Source: Octopus sinensis (Eukaryota). From it: DNA of 64,000 bases. A program made the position numbers and the translations under genes. The stretch is taken from positions 1,240,001-1,304,000 of the forward strand of contig NC_043023.1 in NCBI RefSeq assembly GCF_006345805.1, read 5' to 3'. The notes below the pieces were generated by a model. That model did not search any database. It saw only the letters and a list, made by a program, of their open reading frames with translations, and had not been told where the DNA came from. This document shows positions 11,952 through 24,350 of this stretch, piece after piece (the stretch's first letter is position 1; each line of letters starts with the position of its first letter).

Positions 11952-12051
11952 ATAATAATTATATATATATATATATATATATAAATGAAATAATATATAA
12001 TATATATATCTAAATAATAAAAATATATATATATATATATATAAATAATAT

Positions 12052-12098
<47 letters not shown>

Positions 12099-12179
12099 GT
12101 ATATATTATATATATATATATTATATATCTATATAAATATAAAATAATAATATATATATATATAATATATATATAAATA

Positions 12180-12224
<45 letters not shown>

Positions 12225-12613
12225 TATAAATTCATATATGCAGATATAGTAGAAATATATGCGTATGTGAGTGTACATACATTCATACATTTACATACAT
12301 ATATATGATTATCCACCTACAGATGCATAAATATACAATGTATATACATAGATGAAAAGGTATTGATAAACACACACACACATGCATATTTATATGCAAT
12401 ATGGTTTCATTATTTGCTTCTCAATCTCTTTTTCGCATTTCATTTGTATCTGGAGAATATTTACATTTCCCTCAGTACATAAACATGCATCTGGGTGCAT
12501 GTGTGTGCATGTATGTATGCATGTATGTGCATGAGAGTGTTTGGCATAATGTGTATGCATGTATGTGTGTGTGTGTGTATATACATATATATATATATAT
12601 ATTTATATATGTA

Positions 12614-12662
<49 letters not shown>

Positions 12663-12851
12663 GCATGCGTGTGTGTGTGAACATATAAAGAAACATATCT
12701 GTACACATACACACAAATATATAGAAACATAAATACACACATTTGGGTGTGTTTGTATGTGTATGTATGTATATATATATATAAATATATTCATATATAT
12801 ACATATATGTATGTATATAACATATATGTATGTATATATATATATTATATG

Positions 12852-12898
<47 letters not shown>

Positions 12899-13010
12899 CA
12901 TATATACATACACATATACATATATATGCATATATATATATATAGTATATATATATATATATATAAATACACACACACACACTATATACACATACACACG
13001 CATGCACATA
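11130..13010. repeat. Compound (TA)n/(CA)n/(TG)n microsatellite region
   Basis: Explains the many YIYI/VCVC ORFs. Confidence 0.95.
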
Positions 13011-13467
13011 TAGAGACCATGAATTTGCTTTAACACAAAAACAAACCACACTGAACCCTCATCAGTGACCTCCCCCACATCATTGCCACCTCGTCCCCCA
13101 TTCCCATGCCTCCACCACACATCCCCTAAACCTCGCCCCTCCCCCCTATCTCTCTCTTGAGAAAATAATTACTTTACATAACAATTACATATTCTATTCC
13201 TCAGACACAGAAGATGCACAAAACACACACACACCTACACACATCTGAGCTCCGAAACCCATGACTCACTTAAGACACACACGACCACACACATACATAC
13301 ATACACTCCTACATACATATATGCAGATATATATGTACACATTCACATAAATCTCGGGTCTTCGTTAGGTTTCAATGGATGCAGATTTTGGAAGTTCCAT
13401 CAACACAATTGCTTTCTTTTACTTGTTTCAATCATATGACTGTGGTCATGCTGGAGCACTGCCTTGA

Positions 13468-14090
13468 CCCTTCAGCATTCGGATAATTTTGTCAAATGTA
13501 TTGCTTTTTTATTCCCATTGTCTTGAATTAATCTTTACTCTTTTTACTCTTTAACTTGTTTCTGTCATTTGACTGTGGCCATGCTGGAGCACCACCTTTA
13601 GTTGAGCAAATCGACCCCGGGACTTATTCTTTGTAAGCTTAGTACTTATTCTATCGGTCTCTTTTGCCGAACCACTAAGTTACAGAGACATAAACACACC
13701 AGCATCGGTTGTCAAGCAATGCTAGGGGGACAAACACAGACACACAAACATACATACATTATACATATATACGACGGGCTTCTTTCAGTTTCCGTCTACC
13801 AAATCCACTCACAAGGCTTTGGTCAGCCCAAGGTTATAGTAGAAGACACTTGCCCAAGGTGCCACGCAGTGGGACTGAACCTGGAGCCATGTGGTTGGTA
13901 AGCAAGCTACTTACCACACAGCCACTCCTACGCCTAATCATGAATAATCTTCTAGCTTTAAGATTTCCATGATGTGATTGTTTATTTTGATGACATTGTA
14001 GGATAGGTGTGAGAGGCCAGTCCCAGCCAGTTTGAACATAAAAGAAGTAGAATATTTGGGCTGGATACGGCTATTTTAAATGCTAAAGGG
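13468..14090. mobile_element. piggyBac-like MITE with TTGA target duplication, itself split by a SINE
   Basis: TIRs CCCTTCAGCATT / AATGCTAAAGGG; TTGA at 13464-13467 and 14091-14094. Confidence 0.8.
13534..13934 (-). mobile_element. SINE family A nested in the MITE
   Basis: Full SINE flanked by TAATC at 13529-13533 and 13935-13939. Confidence 0.85.
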
Positions 14091-14238
14091 TTGAAGGGTT
14101 GTTTAGTCAAAGAAACTAACCCCAGGACTTATTCTTTCTAAGCCTAGTACTTATTCTATCGGCCTCTTTTGCTGAACCCCTAACTTATGGGGACATAAAC
14201 ACACCAACATCAGTTGTCAAGCGATGGTAGGATGGACA

Positions 14239-14273
<35 letters not shown>

Positions 14274-14467
14274 GGTGGGCTTCTTTCAGTTTCCATCTAC
14301 CTAATCCATTCACAAGGCTTTGGTCAGCCTGAGACCATAGTAGAAGATACATGCCCAAGGTGCCATGCAGTGTGACTGAACCTGGAGCTGTGTGGTTGGT
14401 AACCAAGCTTCTTACCACACAGCCACACCAATCATATTGCATCATTGTTCCAGTTGCTGTGTCCTCT

Positions 14468-14880
14468 CTTTACTCTTTTACTTGTTTCAGTCATTTGACT
14501 GTGGACATGCTGGAGCACCGCCTTTAGTCGACCAAATCAACCCCAGGACTTATTCTTTGTAAGCCTAGTATTTATTCTACAGGTCTCTATTGCTGAACTG
14601 CTAAGTTACGGGGACGTAAACACACCAGCAACGGTTGTCAAGTGATGTTGGAGGGACAAACACAGGCACACAAACATATACACACACACACACACATATA
14701 CATATATATATATACATATATATGACAGGCTTCTTTCAGTTCCGCCTACCAAATCCACTCACAAGGCTTTGGTCAGCCTGAGGCTATAGTAGAAGACACT
14801 TGCCCAAGGTGCCACACAGTGGGACTGAACCCGGAACCATGTGGTTGGTAAGCAAGCTACTTACCACACAGCCACTCCTG
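14468..14880 (-). mobile_element. SINE family A
   Basis: Matches family consensus. Confidence 0.85.
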
Positions 14881-15019
14881 TGTTTTCTAGATATGTATAA
14901 GTTTAAATGCGCATTTTCAGGCATATGAGGTGCATTAGCATATTAGGTACAATGATACCTAAATTACATCTAAATGACACAAAAATGAAAATAACACTGG
15001 AAATATCATTTAAACAGAT

Positions 15020-15795
15020 ATATTTACCAAATTACATAAAAATATCTTGAAATACTAAAGAGTAAATTTATTCAAAATAATCGCCATTGACTTCAACCAC
15101 AGCCTCCAGACGATTTCAGAATCTCCTGCAACTCTTCTAGAGGGTCTCCTTGTTTAAGTTGGTGAATAGTGCCATAATTCTTGCCTTCAGTTCATCTTTG
15201 GTATTACAAGGAGTTTTGTCGGTTTCTCACTCAATGGCACCCCACACATAATCAAAGGGGTTGCAGTCTGGGGAGTTAGGTGGTCAGATGTTAGGGGTGA
15301 TGTGGTCGCAGAAATTGCCTGACAGCCATGACTGGGTTCTCCTGCTTGTGTGGCATGGTGAAGAAACCTGTTGCCAAACATAGGGTCTTTCAGCAGCCAC
15401 TCTTTGGAGCCAGGACAGCACTACAACCTCCAGGTATTTGATGTGGGCCTCCATGTTGAATATGAGGCCATGTGGGAAGATGAATGGATGCGCAATGTCA
15501 CCATCACTAATGTTCACTCCGAATACCAGATATTGACAAGATGTTTGATTTTTAACACTCCCAGTATATGCACTGTCCTCCGATCGACACCCAAACATTG
15601 TGAAATGTCCGTATTGGAGCTTCTGGCAGGAATGCCAAGCAGTACAGCATATCATTTCCAAATTTCTGACAGAGTGAATCATGTCATGGTGCTGTTTTTC
15701 TCACAGACTGTGCCCAACTGACCCTACTATACTGTGTACTCAACATCAAAAATGAACAATGCACATGAATGAAATTAAAAATATAACATGGCAAC
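15020..15795 (-). mobile_element. Internally deleted maT-type (DD37D) Tc1/mariner transposase relic
   Basis: GDIAHPFIFPHGL..VVLSWLQRVAAERPYVWQQVSSPCHTSRRTQSWLSGNFCDHITPNI*PPNSPDCNPFD; 37 residues between the second catalytic position (here mutated to V) and the final D; N-terminal LLGIPARSSNTDISQCLGVDRRTV joined directly. Confidence 0.8.
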
Positions 15796-15799
15796 AACA

Positions 15800-16210
15800 G
15801 AAGTGGCTGTGTGGTAAGTAGCTTCCTTACCAACCACATGGTTCCAGATTCAGTCCTACTGTGTGGCACCTTGGGCAAGTGTCTTCTACTATAGCCTCAA
15901 GTCAAAGCCTTGTGAGTGGATTTGGTTGGCGGAAACTGAAAGAAGCCCATCGTATATATGTATATATATATGTGTATACGAGTGTGTATATGTTTGTGTG
16001 TCTGTGTTTGTCCCCCCAACATTGCCTGACAACCGATGCTGGTGTGTTTACATCCCTGTAATTTAGCAGTTCGGCAAAAGAGACTGATAGAATAAGTATT
16101 AGGCTTACAAAGAATAAGTCCTGGGGCTGATTTGCTCGACTAAAGGTGGTGCTCAAGCATAGCCACAGTCAACTGACTGAAGCAAGTAAAAGAGTAAAAA
16201 TAGTAAAAGA
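15800..16210 (+). mobile_element. SINE family A
   Basis: Matches family consensus. Confidence 0.85.
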
Positions 16211-16214
16211 GTAT

Positions 16215-16400
16215 GTCAGACGCCATGATAGATCGTTAGCCACTACACACATATTTTTCTCTCCTTGTTTTTTCTGTGTACCTTCCTGTAGAAGAGCGTA
16301 GGCTCGAAATGTAAAAGACTTTGTCTATTCCCGAGTGTTATACTAATACATCTGTTTGTTTTGTACACCACCTGTCTTCGTCTTTTGTTTTTTTTGTAAA
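16215..16400 (+). mobile_element. Penelope-like terminal repeat fragment with hammerhead relic (16282-16317)
   Basis: CTTC-CTGTAGA-A-GAGC-GTAG-GCTC-GAAA-TGT-A-AAAG; related copy on minus strand at 38786-38820. Confidence 0.55.
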
Positions 16401-16407
16401 CTCTCCC

Positions 16408-16441
<34 letters not shown>

Positions 16442-16687
16442 ATTAACAAGAAAGAGTATGGTGGCTTGCAAATCCACAAAATTTGTCCTATGGCTATACA
16501 CAGCATATTATAATGATCCACATGCTGTCACAGACATTAAATACTGATTGTTGCAGTTAGCTGTTAACTGGATCCTAACTGAGAGCTAATACTTATCTGC
16601 CTCGATAATATATCCCTCCCAGCTCACTGCTGTGTGTGTGTGTGTGAGTGTGAGTGTGTGTGTGTGTGTGTGAGTGTGTGTGTGTGA

Positions 16688-16760
<73 letters not shown>

Positions 16761-16788
16761 TGAGTGTGTGTGTGGTGTGTGTGTGTGA

Positions 16789-16833
<45 letters not shown>

Positions 16834-18149
16834 TCTTTCACCACTCCTTGAGAACTGGTGTTGTTTTGTTTACATCCTCATAACCTAGTGGTTTGGTACA
16901 AAGAGACTGATAAAGTAAGTGCCAGGCTACTGTCAATTCATTTGACTTAAAGCTTCAAAGTGGTGCCCCAGCATGGCCACAGTCTAAAGACTGACACAAA
17001 TAAACAATAAAAGAAAAAGAAAAAATACACTCACACACACACATGTACATATATATGTATATCCTAACAAATAAATGGGATGGTCATATCTGGCAAGCCT
17101 TTGTTATAAATCAGCAGGAAGGTGTGTAAACAAAAACAACCCAATTGTCACCATAGCCATTTAGACACCACACTTTCCCTACATAGAACAACCACCCCCA
17201 TCATCCACCCCACTCCCTGCAAAGAAATAAACTCACCCCCACCCTTATCCACACCACCATCTCCTCCTCCACATGTAACACCTATTCTATAACTGATTGT
17301 GCCACCACCACCAACGCTACACTCATACGCCACTATTACTACCACCACAGCCAATACCACCACCACCACCACTACCACAATAATCCACCAGAACCACCAA
17401 TCACCACCATTGCCACCACCACCACCAATACCACTACCACCACCACCACTACTACCACAATCATCCACCAGAACCACTAAAAACCACCATTGCCATCATA
17501 ACCACCACCACCATTACCACTACCATCATGACTACTACCACAATCATCCACCACTACCACCACTACTACCACAATCACCCACCAGAACCACCAATCACCA
17601 CCACCAATACCATCACTATGACCACTATCATCACAATCAGGACGTCATCACCTTACTTTCACCCAGTTCGTTAATCGGAGATCTTAATTGAATCCCCGAT
17701 TAGTCAGTCTGTGTTTAACAACAGCTTAATTACCAAAGATGAATGATGCGTAATTAAGACCAAAGAAAACCCACAAAAACAAAAAAACAAATAATAAAAA
17801 CAACGCCATTCATTGTTTCTTATAATCAGATGTTTTCATCTAATGACCCTTTTTACACTGTTGTTGTTGTTGGTTCTGTAATGTTTGTTGTTGTTGTGGT
17901 GTAGTTTTTATATATATATTTGTTGTTTTATATGTGTTTTTTTTTCTATCCAAGCAAGGGTTAAATGAGTGCATACCTGATTGAGGCATTGTTTTACAGG
18001 TGTACGCTCTCCTTATCTTTAACCTTCACCTGTTTATCAAAACTAGGCTTACTTTTCGAAGCCACACGGGTTTTTGAAATCACAGAGCTATTGGACAACC
18101 TGTTGATAGAGAATGTCAACAACTATGTTCACCGTTTGTAGCTCAGTAC

Positions 18150-18532
18150 TATTTCCATGGATGGAAGCACTCCATCGGTTACGACGACATGGGTTCCGGT
18201 TGATCCGATCAACGGAACAGCCTGCTCGTGAAATTAACGTGTAAGTGGCTGAGCACTCCACAGACACGTGCACCCTTAACGTAGTTCTCGGGGATATTCA
18301 GCATGACACAGAGAGTGACAAGGCCGGCCCTTTGAAATACAGGTACAACAGAAACAGGAAGTAAGAGTGAGAGAAAGTTGTGGTGAAAGAGTACAGCAGG
18401 GGTCACCACCATCCCCTGCCGGAGCCTCGTGGAGCTTTAGGTGTTTTCGCTCAATAAACACTCACAACGCCCGGTCTGGGAATCGAAACCGCGATTCCGC
18501 TGCCCTAACCACTGGGCCATTGCGCCTCCACA
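18150..18532 (-). mobile_element. tRNA-derived SINE family B
   Basis: Minus strand head GTGGAGGCGCAATGGCCCAGTGGTTAGGGC..GGTTTCGATTCCC and core GTGTTTATTGAGCGAAAACACCTAAAGCTCC. Confidence 0.85.
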
Positions 18533-18561
18533 CTATTTCCATACAAGATTATTCACACGTA

Positions 18562-19835
18562 TGAGGTGGTATTGAAAATTTCCTGGACTAGTTTTGTAGC
18601 GCAGTGTGGGCTAGCAGTAAACTTCGTTAGGCAGTGTGCTAAGTGACACTGCTGTTTATTTTGCAAGGTGTGAAATTTGTGTTTTTGGGATCACGTGTAT
18701 ACTCTTACTCTTTACTCTTTTACTTGTTTCAGTCATTTGACTGCGGCCATGCTTGAGCACCGCCTTAAGTCGAGCAAATCAACCCCGGGACCTATTCTTT
18801 TGTAAGCCCAGTACTTATTCTATCGGTCTCTTTTGCTGAACCGCTAAGTAACGGGGACATAAACACACCAGCATCGGTTGTCAAGCAATGCTAGGGGGAC
18901 AAACACCGACACACAAACATATACACACACACTTATATATATACACATACATATATACGACAGGCTTCTTTCAGTTTCCGTCTACCAAATCCACTCACAA
19001 GGCTTTGGTCGGCCCGGGGCTATAGCAGAAGGCATTTGCCCAAGATGCCACGCAGTGGGACTGAACCCGGAACCATGTGGTTGGTTAGCAAGCTACTTAC
19101 CACACAGCCACTCCTGCTGTAGTCTGTGATTTTTGTCATGGACAGGAACAAAGAGCCAACATGAAATTTTGTGTTAAACTTGGGAAGTCTGCTACAGAGA
19201 CATTGAGAATGCTTCACCAGACTTATGGTGATGAGACAATGGGCCGTACGCAATGCTTCAAGTGGCACGGGTGCTTCAAAAGTGGAAGAACACCCTTGGA
19301 AGGTAATGAATGATCTGGAAGATCTATCACAAATGTTACTCCCAGAAATGTGGCATTATGCATCAAGAATTCATCTCCTTGGACCAAACTGTCAAACAAG
19401 AGTTCTACTGTGATATTTTAAAGCACCTGAGGGAGGACATTCGATGAAAGCAACCAGATCTGTGGAGTGCAAACAATTGGGTTTTTCACAATGACAACGC
19501 ACCATGTTACCGAGCTGTCTTCACTCTTGAGTTTCTCATCATAAACAAGATGGTATCACTTCCACACCCACCCCTATTTGTCAGATTTAGCCCCTGCAGA
19601 CTTCCATCTCTTCCACAAGATAAAAATGCAGCTCAAAGGTTGCCATTTTAACACCATTGTTGAGATCCAGATCAAATCACAGAAAACGACTTCCACATCG
19701 GATTACGAAAGTGGCAGGAATGCTGGGACCAGTGTATTGTTCCGCAAGGTGACTTTTACAAAGAAGATGACTTTAAATATTAAGTAAATAAGTCATTAGG
19801 CATAACTAGTTTGGGAACCTTTGGATACGACCTCA
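18562..19835 (+). mobile_element. Internally deleted mariner (DD34D-type) with both TIRs and TA target sites; SINE A inserted at about 18702-19115
   Basis: TA|TGAGGTGGTATTGAAAATTTCCTGGACTAG ... CTAGTTTGGGAACCTTTGGATACGACCTCA|TA; peptides RANMKFCVKLGKSATETLRMLHQTYGD and HNDNAPC..PHPPYLSDLAPADFHLF. Confidence 0.85.
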
Positions 19836-19865
19836 TACATGTATTCAAAACTACCAAAACATATA

Positions 19866-20420
19866 TGAGGGTTACCTCAAAAGTTCATAGGGTCACTATG
19901 AAGGAATGATGCTACAGCTGTGAAATTTTGCAAGTATTAATTTCAAATTTTCTTATAAATAATTTCATTGTTTCTTTCCAAGTAAACTGACACCTGACTA
20001 TTCTAAGACAACTTCACAATTAACTAGTAGTGACTTCTTTTGAAAACAGATAAAATTTAGCCTTGTGGAATTACAAAGTACCTGTAGAGAAAGGGTTTAC
20101 AATCCAAGGACATTAATGCTGACATGGTCACTATATTAGAATTTTCCAATCGAAGTCGGATGGAGAGGGTTCGTTGGACAGTGTGAGACGACTGTTGTTA
20201 TCGTTAGGCCTAACTCATCATAAAGTCAATACCACCATGACCGATATCCAAACTACAGTGGAGAAGGTTAGTCACTGGATTTGGTTAAGAAGAGATGATG
20301 AGCGATGGCAAAAGTGCCAGTGTGGGCAGCTGAATTTAGGTGGGGAATGAAGTGTATTGAAGATGACCCAAAGTTTGGACATCCTGCAATGGCTACCACC
20401 AAGGAAAATATTGATCACTA
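19866..20420 (+). mobile_element. 5' fragment of a second mariner family
   Basis: Terminus TA|TGAGGGTTACCTCAAAAGTTC; peptide WAAEFRWGMKCIEDDPKFGHPAMATTKENID. Confidence 0.7.
20143..20315 (+). mobile_element. C-terminal fragment of a HERO-like non-LTR retrotransposon (restriction-like endonuclease class)
   Basis: FPIEVGWRGFVGQ, frameshift, then VRRLLLSLGL..TTVEKVSHWIWLRRDDERW; resembles PVEVGCRGFV..AAERxSxWLWxKR. Confidence 0.65.
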
Positions 20421-20549
20421 GCAAATGAAATTTTCAGCTAACTCTTCAACATATTTATACATGGGTGCAGGATCTTATGAACAGGTTACACACATTTTTT
20501 AAAGGTTTCCAAGGGACAGCAAATTTAGTTTATGCAAAAGCTACAAATT

Positions 20550-20781
20550 CTCTCTCTCTTTCTCTTTACTCTTTTACTCGTTTCAGTAATTTGACTGCGG
20601 CCATGCTGGAGCACCGCATTTAGTCGAGCAAATCGCCCCCAGGACTTATTCTTTGTAAGCCCAGTACTTATTGTATCGGTCTCTTTTGCCGAACCGCTAA
20701 GTAACGGGGACGTAAACACACCAGCATCAGTTGTCAAACGATGCTGGGGGGACAAACACAGACACACAAACACACACATGC

Positions 20782-20814
<33 letters not shown>

Positions 20815-20972
20815 TACGACAGGATTCTTTCAGTTTCCATCTACCAAATCCACTCACAAGGCATTGGTTGGTCCGGGGCTATAGCAGAAGACACTTGCCC
20901 AAGATGCCACGCAGTGGGACTGAACCCGGAACCATGCGGTTGGGTAGCAAGCTACTTACCACACAGCCACTA
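20550..20972 (-). mobile_element. SINE family A
   Basis: Matches family consensus. Confidence 0.85.
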
Positions 20973-21065
20973 CTGTACATAATAAGCATTCACAACCTAC
21001 AAAATGCTTAACAATATTTTGTCTGTTTTTACATTCTGAGTTCAACCTCGCCTCTCACCCTTTAA

Positions 21066-21286
21066 CCCTTTCATTACTGTATTTATTTTGAGATGCTCTT
21101 TGTTTCTTTCAATTATTTTGAATATAACAAAGAATTTAGTAAAATAATTTAGTTATCATTAAGCTAGTGTTAGGAACGTAAATTGTGACTAAGGTTTGGT
21201 GGAAGATTTTTAATTCAAAACTTATGAAAACAAGACATTTTACCACAGAGCCAGAGCCGGTTTTGGCCGGATTAGTAACAAAAGGG
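21066..21286. mobile_element. piggyBac-like MITE (221 bp)
   Basis: TTAA|CCCTTTCATTACT ... AGTAACAAAAGGG|TTAA. Confidence 0.85.
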
Positions 21287-21939
21287 TTAAGAGCCGATAA
21301 AATAAGTATCAGTCATGTACAGGGATCATTGTAATAGATTTGTCCCCTCCCTTCAAAAATAGCTGGCCTTGGGCCAAAATTTGAAAACATTATTGCGATT
21401 CACTGCAAATGTCCCTGAAGAACAATACTTCTTGTATAGACATGAAGAGGCACCAACACACTTTGGCCGAAAGAATTTTCAGTTTCTGTAATTACAAATT
21501 ATTTCTGGGTTTTTGTTCTGCTTAAGCAAGAAATACAAGCACGCAGTGTAATAATGAAATAGTCTAAAATTGAATAGATGACACTTCTCAGTAAGCTGAA
21601 TATAAAAAGTAAGGTTAGGATATAATGGAATATATATGAAATAGAATAATTAATAGTGGAAGGAAAGTTATATGAGAAAATACAGTATTGAATATATATT
21701 GATGACACATAGCATATATATATATATATACATATTGATTAGGTTTACTAATGAGAAAAAGGAGAAAAGTAATTCAGCTATCAGAATTTATGAACAGAAA
21801 AATGTGAGATGAGCAAAAGAAGACAGAAGAATTAATTTTCAAATACAAAAAAATAAACAGAACGACACCACATATATATGTATATATATATATATATGAG
21901 AATCGAAATCGATGAACATCAATGGAAATTGCAGCAGTG

Positions 21940-22275
21940 ATACCAGTGCCGGTGGCACGTAAGAGAACCATCCGAACGTGGCTGTTGCCAGCGCTGCCCC
22001 GACTGGCCTCGTGCCGGTGGCACATAAAAAGCACCATCCGTTCGTGGTCGTTGCCAGCCTTGCCTGGCCCCCGTGCTAGTGGCACATAAAAAGCACCATC
22101 CAATCGTGGCCGTTTGCCAGCCCCATCTGGCACGTAAAAAGCACCCACTACACTCACAGGGCATCCAGCCGTAGAAACATTGCCAGATCAGACTGGGCCT
22201 GGTGCAGCCTTCTGGCTTCCCAGACCCCAGTTGAACCGTCCAACCCATGCTAGCATGGAAAGCGGACGCTAAACT
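21940..22275 (+). mobile_element. Retroposon family D with internal ~50-bp subrepeats
   Basis: Repeated GTGGCACATAAAAAGCACC units, family D tail and (GAT)n end. Confidence 0.8.
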
Positions 22276-22492
22276 ATGATGATGATGATGATATGTATTA
22301 GAAAAAAATAAGGTCCTCAGAAGTGTGGATTTCTGAGTACCTTATTTTTTCTAATATATAATATCTGTACATCATCTCCAAACCTTCTATAATATATAAT
22401 AATGGCGGTGCCCCAGTTAAAATGGCGGTGCCCCAGCATGGCAACAGCTCGTGAGCTGAAACTAGATAAAATAAAATAAAATAAAATAAAAT

Positions 22493-22548
<56 letters not shown>

Positions 22549-23129
22549 GTTAGATAAGGCCGGTTTATGAGATTACCTTAGGTTTCACGTCCATAAAAGC
22601 CTGGCTTTATGGCATATCTTTAGATCCTGTTGTCTAAAGGCCTCTCTGGAATATATTTCATCTTTTACTTGTTTCAGTCGTTATACTGTGGCCATGCTAG
22701 GGCACTGCCTTGAAGAATGATTATTCTAGTCGAATAAATCAACCCTAATATATTTTTTTTTTATTTTAAAGCCTGGTACTTATTTAGTTGATCTCCTTTG
22801 CTGAACTGCTAAGTTATTGTGATGTAAAAACATCATTTTTAGTGTTTACCATGCTTGTGCATCTGCTACACATGAAGACTATTTTCCCTTATTTCTTTAT
22901 TGCCCACAAGGGGTTAAACACAGAGGGGACAAACAAGGACAGACAAAGGGATTAAGTCGATTACATCAACCCCAGTGCGTAACTGGTACTTAATTTAGCG
23001 ACCCCTGAAGGATGAAAGGCAAAGTCGACCTTGGCAGAATTTGAACTCAGAACGTAACGGCAGACGAAATACTGCTAAGCATTCTGCCAGCTCACCACCT
23101 TAAAGACTATTTTCTCTGTTAACCTTCCT

Positions 23130-23520
23130 CTGATATTGCTGCACCTCTTATGTCCCCATAGCTTGTACTGGGTACACCTTATGGAGTTTTTACCTACCCT
23201 TTTTCTACATACTGGGCAATCATCTACCTGACGGGATTTGTCAGAGTTTCTACTAAGACTCTGAGGCCCTTTGATTCCAGACCTTACTTCTCTAGCCCTG
23301 GTAGGGATTCAGCTATAAGAACCTCACCATAGAGGAACTCCCAGGGGCAGCCTGACTTAAATTTTTCTGTTATTGCTTAAAAGACTAACAATGAAGAGGG
23401 GGATGAGGATTGACCCTTGGTGGACTCCTATTCATATGCTGAATTCAACATGCGATCAACTAGAGTATTGGATGTGGTTATACATCGCTGGTCACAATGC
23501 CCTTTTGTGTTATTTTAGCT
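23130..23520 (-). mobile_element. Degraded RTE LINE reverse transcriptase fragment
   Basis: Minus strand: GVHQGSILIPL..GCPWEFLY..IAESLPGLEK..GLESKGLRV. Confidence 0.75.
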
Positions 23521-24350
23521 TTCGAATGATACCACCTTGCTGGTTAGGTGAGTAGGCAATAATATCCCTCTGAATTGGAAGGCTGGTCCATCACAGGGTG
23601 ACCCATTAACAGTTGAGTGGATTGGAGCAACATGAAATGAAGTGTCTTGCTCAAGGATACAATGTGCTTCTCGGTCTGAGAACTGAAGTCATGATCTTGC
23701 GATTGCATGTACAACAGTATAACCTCAAGGTCACATGCCCCCATGGACGGACACACACACACCCATTGCCTCCTGTCTGAATAAATAATAAATGCAGCTT
23801 TTAATATTAACCCCATCCATAGGCACAGGCTGTGTGGTAAGAAGCTTGCTTTCCAACCACATGGTTCTGGGTTCAGTCCTACTGTATGGAACCTTGGACA
23901 AGTGTCTTCTAATATAGCCTTGGGCCAACCAAAGCCTTGTTAGCAGATTTGGAAAACAGAAACTGGTTGAAGCCCATCATATACATGTATGTGTTTGCAT
24001 GGATATTTGTGTCCATGTTGGTTCCCCACCACTGCTTAACAACTCGCATTGGTTTGTTAACATCCTCATAACTTAGCAGTTTGGCAAAAGAGACTGATAA
24101 AACAAGTACCAGGTTCAAAAACACAAAAATAAGTACAGGAGTTGATTCATTTAACTAAAACACTCATTTTTCAAGGTGGTGCCCCAGCATGGTCACAGTC
24201 TGATGACTGAAAGAAGTAAGAGAATAAGAGATAAAACATCCTTTAGGTTGTTTCAGAGATTGACAGTGCAAATAAAAAAAATATTCAGGCTGTGTTTCCC
24301 AAATAAACAAATTTTATTGAACAACAAACAAAAGTGACTTGGGTACTTAC

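Larger units (their letters stand above)
13413..14430 (-). mobile_element. Family A SINE split by a MITE (outer element of a triple nest)
   Basis: SINE sequence breaks at GCCTTGA (13467) and resumes at AGGGTT after the duplicated TTGA at 14091-14094. Confidence 0.8.

Noticed and set aside
18053-18099. Minus-strand AG..GTAAG candidate exon as the next STPG2-like exon
   Set aside because: In the required phase it reads GCPIAL then stop, with no PGP repeat continuation
22565-22625. Minus-strand GAAACCTAAGGTA next to a hairpin as a hammerhead
   Set aside because: The CUGANGA core is absent and would need several deletions to explain
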